From: Gammaproteobacteria bacterium
Lineage (GTDB): Bacteria > Pseudomonadota > Gammaproteobacteria > Steroidobacterales > XN24
Assembly (NCBI GenBank): GCA_035268405.1
Contig: DATFKW010000091.1
Location: 1 to 50,840 of the forward strand
DNA: 50,840 nucleotides
Direction: 5' to 3'
Below are positions 11,410-19,991 of this stretch, piece after piece (within the stretch, counting starts at the first letter, position 1; every line of letters starts with the position of its first letter). The translations under genes were made by a program, and so were the position numbers. The notes beneath the pieces are model-generated. The model made no database searches and was not told the DNA's origin. It was given only the letters and a program-made list of their open reading frames with translations.

Positions 11410-11799
11410 ATGGCCAAGCAAGCCCCCCGGGTGCGCAAAAAGATCAAGAAGCAGGTGGTGGACGCCATTGCGCACATCCACGCCTCTTTCAACAACACGA
11501 TCATCACGATCACGGACCGCCAGGGCAACGCGCTGTCCTGGGCCACCTCCGGCGGTTGCGGTTTTCGTGGTTCGCGCAAGAGCACGCCGTTCGCCGCGCA
11601 GGTCGCCGCCGAGAAGGCCGGCAACGCCGCGGCGGAGTACGGCGTCAAGAACGTCGAAGTGCGCGTCAAGGGCCCCGGCCCGGGTCGCGAATCGGCCGTC
11701 CGCTCGCTGAACGCGGTGGGATTCCGCGTGACCAACATCGAGGACGTGACCCCGATTCCCCATAATGGCTGTCGTCCGCCCAAGAAGCGGCGCGTCTGA
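11410..11799 (+). CDS. rpsK: 30S ribosomal protein S11
   Basis: HASFNNTI...[18 protein letters not shown]. Confidence 0.99.
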   Translation: MAKQAPRVRKKIKKQVVDAIAHIHASFNNTIITITDRQGNALSWATSGGCGFRGSRKSTPFAAQVAAEKAGNAAAEYGVKNVEVRVKGPGPGRESAVRSLNAVGFRVTNIEDVTPIPHNGCRPPKKRRV

Positions 11800-11817
11800 T
11801 CTCAGAGGCTTCGAACT

Positions 11818-12438
11818 ATGGCTAGATATCTCGGACCGAAGTGCAAGCTCTCCCGCCGGGAGGGCACGGACCTGTTTCTCAAGAGCAGCGTCCGTCCGCT
11901 CGAGTCCAAGTGCAAACTCGAGGTGCCGCCCGGCGGCGCTCCCCAGCGTCGCCCGCGCATTTCGGACTACGGTCTGCAGCTGCGCGAGAAGCAGAAGCTG
12001 CGCCGCATGTACGGAGTCCTGGAACGCCAGTTCCACAACTACTACAAGCGCGCCGCCCAGCAGAAGGGCTCCACCGGCGAGAACCTGCTGAAGCTGCTCG
12101 AGGGTCGCCTGGACAACGTCGCCTACCGGATGGGCTTTGCCTCCACCCGGGCGGAGGCGCGCCAGCTGGTGAGCCACAAGGGCATCACCGTCGATGGCCA
12201 GGTCGTGAACATTCCTTCCTTCCAGGTCAGCGCCGGTCAGGAAATCGCGATCCGCGAAAAGGCCAGGAAGCAGCTGCGGGTGCAGAACGCCCTGCAGATG
12301 ATGGTCGAGGCCGGTTTCCCCGAGTGGGTCGACGTCGACCAGAAGAAGATGAGCGGCGTGTTCAAGCAGCTGCCGGACCGCGAAGAAATCCTGCCCGACA
12401 TCAACGAAAACCTGGTCGTCGAGCTCTATTCCAAGTAA
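11818..12438 (+). CDS. rpsD: 30S ribosomal protein S4
   Basis: [16 protein letters not shown]...[14 protein letters not shown]...VELYSK. Confidence 0.99.
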   Translation: MARYLGPKCKLSRREGTDLFLKSSVRPLESKCKLEVPPGGAPQRRPRISDYGLQLREKQKLRRMYGVLERQFHNYYKRAAQQKGSTGENLLKLLEGRLDNVAYRMGFASTRAEARQLVSHKGITVDGQVVNIPSFQVSAGQEIAIREKARKQLRVQNALQMMVEAGFPEWVDVDQKKMSGVFKQLPDREEILPDINENLVVELYSK

Positions 12439-12457
12439 TTTGCGAGGGACGAAGCCC

Positions 12458-13456
12458 ATGCAGGCATCGGTCAACGAATTTTTGCGCCCCCGCGTCGTCA
12501 AGGTCCAGCCTGAGAGCCGGACCCGGGCCCGTGTCACCATCGAGCCGCTCGAGCGCGGCTTCGGTCACACGCTGGGCAACGCCCTGCGGCGGATACTCCT
12601 GTCCTCCATGCCCGGCTGCGCCGTGGTCGAGGCGGAGATCGACGGCGTGCTCCACGAGTACACCAGCATGGAGGGGGTGCAGGAAGACGTCGTGGACGTC
12701 CTGCTCAACCTCAAGCAGCTGGCCGTGAAAATGCACCAGCGCGACGAGATGGACCTGACCCTCACCAAGAAGGGCCCGGGCGTTGTCACGGCCGCCGACA
12801 TCGAGACCGGCCACGACGTCGAGGTGATCAACCCCGAGCTGGTCATCGCCACGCTGACCAAGGCCGGCCAGCTGTCCATGCGCATCAAGGTGCGGCGCGG
12901 GCGCGGTTACCAGCCGGTCACGCAGCGGCCGTCCTTCGAAGAGCAGAGCGGCCCCATCGGCCGGCTGCAGCTGGACGCCTCCTTCAGCCCGGTGCGTCGC
13001 GTCGCTTACACCGTGGACGCCGCGCGCGTCGAGCAGCGCACGGACCTGGACAAGCTGATCCTGGACATCGAGACCAACGGCACCATCGACTCGGAAGAGG
13101 CGATCCGTCGTGCCGGCGCGATCCTGAAGGACCAGCTGGCGGTGTTCGTGGACCTGCAGGGCGAGGGCCTCGGCCCGGAGCCGGGCGACAAGGCCATCGA
13201 TCCCATCCTCCTGAAGCCGGTGGACGAGCTCGAGCTGACGGTGCGCTCGGCCAACTGCCTCAAGGCGGAAGACATCAACTACATCGGCGACCTGGTCCAG
13301 AAGACGGAAGTGGAGCTGCTCCGCACGCCGAACCTGGGCAAGAAATCGCTGACCGAGATCAAGCAGGTGCTGGAGAACCACGACCTGCAGCTCGGCATGC
13401 GCCTCGAGGGCTGGCCGCCGGCCAGCCTGAGGCACGACGACGATCGGGTCGCCTGA
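12458..13456 (+). CDS. rpoA: RNA polymerase alpha subunit
   Basis: [22 protein letters not shown]; [14 protein letters not shown]; start moved to ATG 12458. Confidence 0.99.
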   Translation: MQASVNEFLRPRVVKVQPESRTRARVTIEPLERGFGHTLGNALRRILLSSMPGCAVVEAEIDGVLHEYTSMEGVQEDVVDVLLNLKQLAVKMHQRDEMDLTLTKKGPGVVTAADIETGHDVEVINPELVIATLTKAGQLSMRIKVRRGRGYQPVTQRPSFEEQSGPIGRLQLDASFSPVRRVAYTVDAARVEQRTDLDKLILDIETNGTIDSEEAIRRAGAILKDQLAVFVDLQGEGLGPEPGDKAIDPILLKPVDELELTVRSANCLKAEDINYIGDLVQKTEVELLRTPNLGKKSLTEIKQVLENHDLQLGMRLEGWPPASLRHDDDRVA

Positions 13457-13484
13457 GGCGCCCGGCCAACCAGGATAACGAGTC

Positions 13485-13868
13485 ATGCGCCATCGCAAAT
13501 CCGGCCGCCAACTGGGCCGCAACAGTTCCCACCGCCGGGCCATGTACCGCAACATGGCCTCGTCGCTGCTGCTGCACGAGACCATCCGCACCACGCTGCC
13601 GAAGGCCAAGGAGCTGCGGCGGGTGGTCGAGCCGCTGATCACGCTGGCGAAGGAAGACGGCGTGACACAGCGCCGGCGGGCCTTCGACAGGCTGCGGGAC
13701 AAGCAGGTCGTGGGCAAGCTGTTCAACGAGCTGGGACCGCGTTATCGCGCGCGCCCGGGCGGCTACCTGCGCATCCTCAAGATGGGCTATCGCCCCGGGG
13801 ATTCGGCGCCCATGGCGCTGGTGCAGCTGGTGGACCAGCCGGAGGCCGGGGAGCAGCCGGGCGAGTAA
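13485..13868 (+). CDS. rplQ: 50S ribosomal protein L17
   Basis: [20 protein letters not shown]...[10 protein letters not shown]. Confidence 0.99.
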   Translation: MRHRKSGRQLGRNSSHRRAMYRNMASSLLLHETIRTTLPKAKELRRVVEPLITLAKEDGVTQRRRAFDRLRDKQVVGKLFNELGPRYRARPGGYLRILKMGYRPGDSAPMALVQLVDQPEAGEQPGE

Positions 13869-13896
13869 CGGCAGCCCCAGGGCGCGCGTACGCTGG

Positions 13897-13924
13897 AAAG
13901 CCGGGCCCCGTGCCCGGCTTTTTT
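13897..13924 (+). terminator. Rho-independent terminator of the alpha operon
   Basis: AAAGCCGGGC-cccgt-GCCCGGCTTT continuing into a T run. Confidence 0.9.
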
Positions 13925-13973
13925 GTGGCCGCGATGCGTCTGCAAGCCCCGTAAAACCTGCGTCGCGTCGCAA

Positions 13974-13982
13974 TGCCATAAT
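13974..13982 (+). promoter_or_regulatory. Possible extended -10 promoter for the nucleotidase gene
   Basis: TG-c-CATAAT, followed by GGAGG before ATG 14007. Confidence 0.4.
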
Positions 13983-14006
13983 AGCGGCCGGAGGTATTCT
14001 CGCTTG

Positions 14007-14909
14007 ATGGACTTGTCCGACTGCCTTGTAGTGGGTGTCTCGTCCCGGGCGCTGTTCGACCTGCGCCGGGAGGACGCCCTGTTCGTCAATGCCGGCCTGG
14101 CCGCTTACCGGGCCGAACAGCTGGCCCGCGAGGACGAAATCCTGCCTCCGGGCACGGGATTTCCCCTGGTACGCGCCGTGCTCGACCTGAACGATCCGGC
14201 CCACCAGCGTCGTGCCGAGGTGGTCGTCATGTCCCGCAATTCCACGGAGACCAGCCTGCGGATCTTCAACTCGATCCGCCATTACGACCTCGACATCAGT
14301 CGCGCCGCCCTGTCGGGTGGCGCGCCGCTGGCGCCCTACCTGCGGGCCTTCAACGTGGACTTGTTCCTCTCCTGCTACGAGGACGACGTGCGCCGGGCGC
14401 TGGAAGGCGGCGTCGCCGCGGCGCTCTTGTACGACCGTCCCGAGGACCCGCGCGAGGCCGCCGACGAGATCCGCATCGCTTTCGACGGCGACGCAATCCT
14501 GTTCTCCGATGAATCCGAGCGCATCTTCCAGGCGGACGGCCTGGAAGCCTTTGCCCGGCACGAAGCGGAGCGCGCCCGCGAGCCGCTCGCCGAGGGACCC
14601 TTCGCGCGCGTCCTGCACAAGCTTTCTGCGTTGCAACAGGCGGCCCGGCAAGAGGGCGCCACGCCCATCCGGACGGCGCTGGTCACGGCGCGCGGCGGCC
14701 CGGCGCACGAGCGCGTGATCCGCACGCTGCTGGCGTGGGGCGTGGTCGTGGACGAGGCGTTTTTCCTCGGCGGGGTGCCCAAGACCGAGATCCTGGCGGC
14801 TTTCCGGCCGCACATTTTCTTCGATGACCAGGCGACGCACTGCGAACGCGCCGCGTCCCGTGTGCCCACCGGCCGCGTGCCGGTGGTCCCGGGCAAGACT
14901 GAGAGGTGA
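14007..14909 (+). CDS. 5'-nucleotidase, cytosolic cN-I-like family
   Basis: LVVGVSSRALFDL, IRIAFDGDAILFSDESE, TALVTAR, PHIFFDDQ (HAD-type motifs). Confidence 0.88.
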   Translation: MDLSDCLVVGVSSRALFDLRREDALFVNAGLAAYRAEQLAREDEILPPGTGFPLVRAVLDLNDPAHQRRAEVVVMSRNSTETSLRIFNSIRHYDLDISRAALSGGAPLAPYLRAFNVDLFLSCYEDDVRRALEGGVAAALLYDRPEDPREAADEIRIAFDGDAILFSDESERIFQADGLEAFARHEAERAREPLAEGPFARVLHKLSALQQAARQEGATPIRTALVTARGGPAHERVIRTLLAWGVVVDEAFFLGGVPKTEILAAFRPHIFFDDQATHCERAASRVPTGRVPVVPGKTER

Positions 14910-14913
14910 CTTG

Positions 14914-15465
14914 ATGAGCATCCCCGATCCGCGGGAATACCGGGCCCTGGGCTACCTGATCGACGGCACGCCCTTTTTTGTGCGCGCCTTGCGCGAATGG
15001 GACCGCGCGGCACTGCTGGAGCTGTTCGAGCGCTCCAGCCAGCAGTCGCGGTACTTCCGCTACTTCGAGCGCAAAAACACGCTCACCGACAGCGAGCTGG
15101 ACTATTACACGCAGCTGGATTTCGAGCACCACGCGGCGCTGGCCGCGGAGGCGCCGGACGAGGAAGGCATTATCGCCGTCGGCCGCTACATCGAGGTGCA
15201 GCCGGAGGCCGACCCGCGGCGCGCCGAGGTGGCCTTCCTGGTGCGGGACGATTTCCAGGGCCTCGGAGTGGCCACGCAGCTGCTCAAGCACCTGATCCGC
15301 ATCGCCCGTGAAAACAACATCGCCGAGTTCGAGGCGGAGATGCTGCCGTCGAACACGCGCATGCTGGAGGTTTTCGACCACTCCGGCTACCAGCTCAAGC
15401 GCAGCCGCGAGCGCGACAGCGTGCGCGTGGTGTTCCCCATCCTCGACGAGCGGATCCCCTTCTGA
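14914..15465 (+). CDS. GNAT N-acetyltransferase (resembles the GNAT domain of Pat/PatZ protein acetyltransferases)
   Basis: SRYFRYF, IIAVGRY, AEVAFLVRDDFQGLGVATQLL, N-x-x-M-L-x-V-F. Confidence 0.88.
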   Translation: MSIPDPREYRALGYLIDGTPFFVRALREWDRAALLELFERSSQQSRYFRYFERKNTLTDSELDYYTQLDFEHHAALAAEAPDEEGIIAVGRYIEVQPEADPRRAEVAFLVRDDFQGLGVATQLLKHLIRIARENNIAEFEAEMLPSNTRMLEVFDHSGYQLKRSRERDSVRVVFPILDERIPF

Positions 15466-16346
15466 ATCTTCGACCGCTGCCGCTGCTCGCGCTCGCCCTG
15501 CTCGCCCTGCCGCTGGCGGGCGGCTGCAGCCGGATCGACACGCTGCGTCTGGCGCACGCCAACAGCGGCACCTCGGCGGACTGGCCGCCCGGGGCAGTGG
15601 CGGTCGAGCTGGCGCTCGAGCGCACCCTGGATGGTCGCCCATGGCTGCCGGTGTCGGTGGACGGCAGCGCGCCACTGCCCTTCCTGCTGCAGGCGTCCGC
15701 CGGCGCGATCGCGCTGACCGGGGCGCGGCCGGCCGGCCTGGCCGCCGGTTTTGCGGGTCGCATGAAGCTCAGCCAGGCCTTGCTTCCCGGGATCGAGGGC
15801 GGGCGGCTGGTGAAGCGGCGCCGGCTGGAATTCGGGCCGCTGGCACTGGAAGACCAGGGACTGCTGCTGGTGGAGCCGGCGGACTGGCCCCATGGCCGGC
15901 CGCGCGGCTTTGCCGCCGGCGTCATCGGCTACGACCTGTTTCGCCGCTTCGTCGTGGAGATCGATTTGTCCGCGGACCGGTTGAGACTGCATCGCCGCAG
16001 CCGGGGCTTGCAGGGCCTGGGCGAGACGCAGCGCCTGCTGGTGCTGGACCGGCGTCTGTATGTCGAGGCCTGGCTGGAGCTCGGCCGCGGGCTCGGTCGC
16101 TGGGTGCGGCTGGAGTTCGAGCCCGCCGCGCCCGCCGGCATCTGCCTGGATGCGCGCTCCAGGCCCGCCGTCGTGCGTATCGCCGACTTCTCTTTCCCGG
16201 TAGATGAAACGATTTGCGGCGACCGGGCGCCGAGGGACCGCAAGTCCGCCGCGCGCGACGGGGTGCTTGGCGCGCAAGCGCTCGAGTCGCTCGCCGTGGG
16301 CGTCGATTATCGCGCCGGACAGATCGCCTTCCGGCGCGTCGACTGA
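15462..16346 (+). CDS. Lipoprotein with two degenerate retropepsin-like (aspartyl protease) domains; probable CTG start
   Basis: In-frame extension upstream of the track ORF gives NLRPLPLLALALLALPLAGG-C; GVIGYDLFRRFVVEID and GVLGAQALESLAVGVDY motifs; DTG sites replaced. Confidence 0.65.
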   Translation: MNLRPLPLLALALLALPLAGGCSRIDTLRLAHANSGTSADWPPGAVAVELALERTLDGRPWLPVSVDGSAPLPFLLQASAGAIALTGARPAGLAAGFAGRMKLSQALLPGIEGGRLVKRRRLEFGPLALEDQGLLLVEPADWPHGRPRGFAAGVIGYDLFRRFVVEIDLSADRLRLHRRSRGLQGLGETQRLLVLDRRLYVEAWLELGRGLGRWVRLEFEPAAPAGICLDARSRPAVVRIADFSFPVDETICGDRAPRDRKSAARDGVLGAQALESLAVGVDYRAGQIAFRRVD

Positions 16347-16411
16347 AGCGGTACCGGCTTAACAGCAACCGGGGCCTGAGGCATGATGCGAGCCTGCACC
16401 AGGAGAAAGCG

Positions 16412-18118
16412 ATGTCCCGTACAATACTTGCCGGCCTTTGCCTGCTGGCCGCCACGCTGTCGACTAACGTGTCCATGAGCGCAGACCGTGTCCTGGGTCC
16501 CCAGTTCGTCACCCGCTCCGAGGTGCTCGCGCCGCATGGCATGGCGGCGACCAGCCAGCCGCTGGCGACCCAGGTCGCGCTGGACGTGCTGAAGCAGGGC
16601 GGCGGCGCCGTGGACGCGGCCATTGCCGCGAACGCCGCGCTGGGCCTGATGGAACCGACCGGCTGCGGCATCGGCGGCGACCTGTTCGCCATCGTCTGGG
16701 ACGCGGAAAGCGGGCAACTCCACGGCCTCAACGCCAGCGGGCGCTCGCCGCGCGCCCTGGAGCTCGAGTGGTTCCTGGAGAACGGCTACGAGCGCATTCC
16801 GCCGCGCGGCCCGCTGCCGGTGAGCGTGCCGGGCGCGGTCGACGGCTGGTTCGAGCTGCACGAGCGCTTCGGCCGCCTGCCCATGAAAGACGTGCTGGCG
16901 CCCGCGATCCGCTATGCGCGCGAGGGTTTCCCGGTCACGGAGGTGATCGCCTACTACTGGGCGCGCAATGCCGAGCTGCTCGAGGAGTATCCCAACTTTC
17001 CCGAGGTCTTCATGCCGGGCGGGCGGGCGCCGCGCGAGGGCGAGATCTTCCGCAACCCGGCCCTGGCGGACACCTATGCGCGCCTGGCCGAGGAGGGCCG
17101 CGACGCCTTCTACAGGGGCGAGGTGGCGCGCGTGATCGCCGACCACGTGCAGGAGAACGGCGGCTTTCTCGCCTACGAAGACCTGGCGAGCCATCGCTCC
17201 GAGTGGGTGGAGCCGGTCTCGACGAATTACCGCGGTTACGACGTCTGGCAACTGCCGCCGAATGGCCAGGGCATCGCGGGCCTGCAGATTCTCAACATCC
17301 TGGAAGCCTGGGACCTCGCCGAGCTGGGCTTCGGCAGCGCGGATTACCTGCACCTGCTGGTAGAGGCCAAGAAACTGGCCTTCGAGGACCGCGCGCGTTT
17401 TTACGCGGACCCGGATTTCGCCGACGTGCCGGTGGCCGAACTGATCTCCAAGGAATACGCGGCGCGGCGGCGCGCGCTGATCGATCCGCAGCGGGCGGCC
17501 GACGCCTATCCCGCCGGGGACCCCGAGGTCCTTGAGCGCAGCGACACCATCTACCTGACGGTGGCCGACGCCGCGGGCAACATGGTGTCCCTGATCCAGA
17601 GCAATTACCGCGGCATGGGCTCGGGCATGACGCCTCCCGGCCTCGGTTTCGTGCTGCAGGACCGCGGCGAAATGTTCAGCCTGCAAGCGGGCCATCCCAA
17701 TGTCTACGCGCCGGGCAAGCGGCCTTTCCACACCATCATCCCCGCCTTCGTCACCCGCGACGGCGCCCCCTGGCTGAGTTTCGGCGTGATGGGCGGCGGC
17801 ATGCAACCGCAGGGCCACGTGCAGGTGCTGGTCAACATGATCGACTTCGGCATGGACCTGCAAGCGGCCGGCGACGCGCCGCGGGTGCGGCACGACGGCT
17901 CCAGCGAGCCGACCGACGAGCGCATGACCGACGGCGGGGTGGTGCGCCTGGAAAGCGGCTTTCCGGCCGAGGCGATCGCCGAGCTGGAGCGGCGCGGGCA
18001 CACCGTCGAAGTGTCCAACGATGGCGGTTACGGCGGCTACCAGGCGATCCGCAAGGACCCGGCGGCCTGGGCCGGCGCCTCGGAGTCGCGCAAGGACGGC
18101 CAGGCTTCGGGATACTGA
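16412..18118 (+). CDS. ggt: Gamma-glutamyltransferase (Ntn hydrolase) with signal peptide
   Basis: GGAVDAAIA, GIGGDLF, LNASGRSP, LPPNGQG, SD-T-IYL nucleophile, PGKRPFHTIIP, GVMGG; AGGAG RBS. Confidence 0.93.
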   Translation: MSRTILAGLCLLAATLSTNVSMSADRVLGPQFVTRSEVLAPHGMAATSQPLATQVALDVLKQGGGAVDAAIAANAALGLMEPTGCGIGGDLFAIVWDAESGQLHGLNASGRSPRALELEWFLENGYERIPPRGPLPVSVPGAVDGWFELHERFGRLPMKDVLAPAIRYAREGFPVTEVIAYYWARNAELLEEYPNFPEVFMPGGRAPREGEIFRNPALADTYARLAEEGRDAFYRGEVARVIADHVQENGGFLAYEDLASHRSEWVEPVSTNYRGYDVWQLPPNGQGIAGLQILNILEAWDLAELGFGSADYLHLLVEAKKLAFEDRARFYADPDFADVPVAELISKEYAARRRALIDPQRAADAYPAGDPEVLERSDTIYLTVADAAGNMVSLIQSNYRGMGSGMTPPGLGFVLQDRGEMFSLQAGHPNVYAPGKRPFHTIIPAFVTRDGAPWLSFGVMGGGMQPQGHVQVLVNMIDFGMDLQAAGDAPRVRHDGSSEPTDERMTDGGVVRLESGFPAEAIAELERRGHTVEVSNDGGYGGYQAIRKDPAAWAGASESRKDGQASGY

Positions 18119-18147
18119 CGCGCCATGCAGCAGCGGGGGACATCACC

Positions 18148-18498
18148 ATGAAAGTGCTGCCGGTCAACGAGGGCGCGTTCACCGTGCTGTTGTCCTTCGA
18201 TTGCCGACCCGCCGAGAGCGAACGCTTCGCGCTCGAGCTCGCGCACTTCGTGGAGGAGCGCATGCGTTTTCACCCGGGTTTCCTGTCGGGCACGATCTAT
18301 CTCAGCGAGGACGCCAGCAAGGTCTTCGAGCTGTTCCAGTGGGCGCGCGCCGAAGACTGGCACGCCTACCGGGCCAGCGAGGACGGCCGCGATGCCGTGC
18401 GGTGGCTGAGCGGCCATCGGCCCGGCATCAGTTTCCTGGAAACGGTGCGCTGCGTGGTGCCGCCGGCGCCGGGCGAACGCACGCCGCCGCCGGCCTGA
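18148..18498 (+). CDS. Antibiotic biosynthesis monooxygenase (ABM)-like protein
   Basis: HPGFLSGTIYLSEDASKVFELFQW pattern; 116 aa. Confidence 0.7.
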   Translation: MKVLPVNEGAFTVLLSFDCRPAESERFALELAHFVEERMRFHPGFLSGTIYLSEDASKVFELFQWARAEDWHAYRASEDGRDAVRWLSGHRPGISFLETVRCVVPPAPGERTPPPA

Positions 18499-18507
18499 GC
18501 CAGGCCG

Positions 18508-19716
18508 TTGCCCAGCCACAAGCCCCTTGCAGACCTGCATGGCACGAGCCGGCTCGCGGTGGATGCCGCCCGCGGCGTGACCGGCCTGGTCGAATCCATG
18601 CACGCCACCATCGCCGGCGTCGCCGGTCTCGTGCCGGGCGCCGACGTCAACCGCACGCGCGGCATCACCGGCCTGGTGTATCGCTGCGTGGACGGCGCGA
18701 TGCAGCTGGCGGGCGGCGGCCTGGACCTCGCGCTCAGGCCGCTGGCCGGCCTTGCGGAGCCGCGCGCATCGGCGCCGGCACGCGATACGGTGCTGGGCAT
18801 ACTGAACGGCGTGCTCGGCGATCACCTGGAAGCCTCCGGCAACCCGCTGGCCGTCGGCATGACCCTGCGGCACGACGGCCGCGTCGTTGACCCCTGCAAA
18901 TCGGATCTGCGCGCCGCCTTGCCGCGCGCCGGCGGGAAGATCCTGCTGCAGATCCACGGCTTGTGCATGAGCCAGCGGGAGTGGGCCCGCGGCGGGGTCG
19001 ATCATTGCGCTGAATTCGCGCCCGGCCTCGGCTATACGGTCCTGCGCCTGAATTACAACACCGGCCGGAGAATCGCGGAGAACGGTCGCTCGCTCGCGGC
19101 GTTGCTCGAGGCGCTGGACGCGGCATGGCCGGTGCCGGTGGAGGAGATCGCGATCGTGGCGCACAGCATGGGCGGGCTGGTGGCGCGCAGCGCGCACCAC
19201 CACGCTGCGGCGGCGGGCCAGGCCTGGCCGGAGCGGCTGCGCAAGCTGGTGTTTCTCGGCACGCCGCAGCACGGCGCGCCGCTGGAGCGCGCCGGCAACC
19301 GCTTCGACTGGCTGCTGGGGCTCACGCCTTACACCCTGCCTTTCACCCGCCTCGGCAAGGTGCGCAGCGCCGGCATCACGGACCTGCGCTACGGCAGCCT
19401 GCTGGACGACGACTGGCAGGGCGTCGATCGCTATGCGCGCGTGCCGGCGGAATGCCGCAGGCCGGTACCCTTGCCGGCCGGCGTGGACTGTTTCGCCGTC
19501 GCCGCGGTGCGCGCGGCGGCGCCCGGCGCGCCGGCCGCGGACTTCTACGGCGACGGGCTGGTGCCGCTGGCGAGCGCGCTGGGCGAGCATCCCGACCCGC
19601 GGTACGAGCTGGGCATCCCGGCGCGGGCACGCTGGATCGGAACGCGCCTCGGGCACCTCGAGCTTTTGTCCGACCCAGGCGTGTTCGCGCAGGTGCGTCG
19701 CTGGCTGGAGTCCTGA
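18508..19716 (+). CDS. PGAP1-like alpha/beta hydrolase (esterase/lipase)
   Basis: IHGLCMS, YNTG, AHSMGGLVARS nucleophile elbow, LGTPQHGAPLE, DGLVP, GHLELL; TTG start. Confidence 0.85.
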   Translation: MPSHKPLADLHGTSRLAVDAARGVTGLVESMHATIAGVAGLVPGADVNRTRGITGLVYRCVDGAMQLAGGGLDLALRPLAGLAEPRASAPARDTVLGILNGVLGDHLEASGNPLAVGMTLRHDGRVVDPCKSDLRAALPRAGGKILLQIHGLCMSQREWARGGVDHCAEFAPGLGYTVLRLNYNTGRRIAENGRSLAALLEALDAAWPVPVEEIAIVAHSMGGLVARSAHHHAAAAGQAWPERLRKLVFLGTPQHGAPLERAGNRFDWLLGLTPYTLPFTRLGKVRSAGITDLRYGSLLDDDWQGVDRYARVPAECRRPVPLPAGVDCFAVAAVRAAAPGAPAADFYGDGLVPLASALGEHPDPRYELGIPARARWIGTRLGHLELLSDPGVFAQVRRWLES

Positions 19717-19733
19717 GCCGCGGGCCGGCTCGG

Positions 19734-19991
19734 TCAGTCGGCGACGGCCGGGAGCGCCTCGGCCCGTCCGATAGACTGCGCCGGATCGAAGCTCTGCACC
19801 CGCAGGTCCACCAGCTGGTCCACCTGTCCGGCCGAGGCTCCCGCCACGCTCAGCACGGTGTCGCCGATGCGCGCCCGTCCCTCGCCGGTGGCGGGGTCGA
19901 AAGCCGTCAGGTAGGCCCGGATTTCCTCGCCGGGTGCAAAGACCGGCGTGTCGCTGCGGAAGCGCCAGTTGCGGAACGGTCGAATGCTCAT
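19734..19991 (-). CDS. Small hypothetical protein (85 aa) coupled to the NhaC-family gene
   Basis: MSIRPFRNWRFRSDTPVFAPGEEIRAYLTAFD...ARIGDTVL; ATGA overlap with the transporter stop; embedded in a spurious longer track ORF. Confidence 0.75.
   Translation of the reverse strand: MSIRPFRNWRFRSDTPVFAPGEEIRAYLTAFDPATGEGRARIGDTVLSVAGASAGQVDQLVDLRVQSFDPAQSIGRAEALPAVAD

Noticed and set aside
19715-19731. GAGCCG-N5-CGGCTC hairpin between convergent genes
   Set aside because: 6-bp stem with no U-tract on either strand; insufficient to call a terminator
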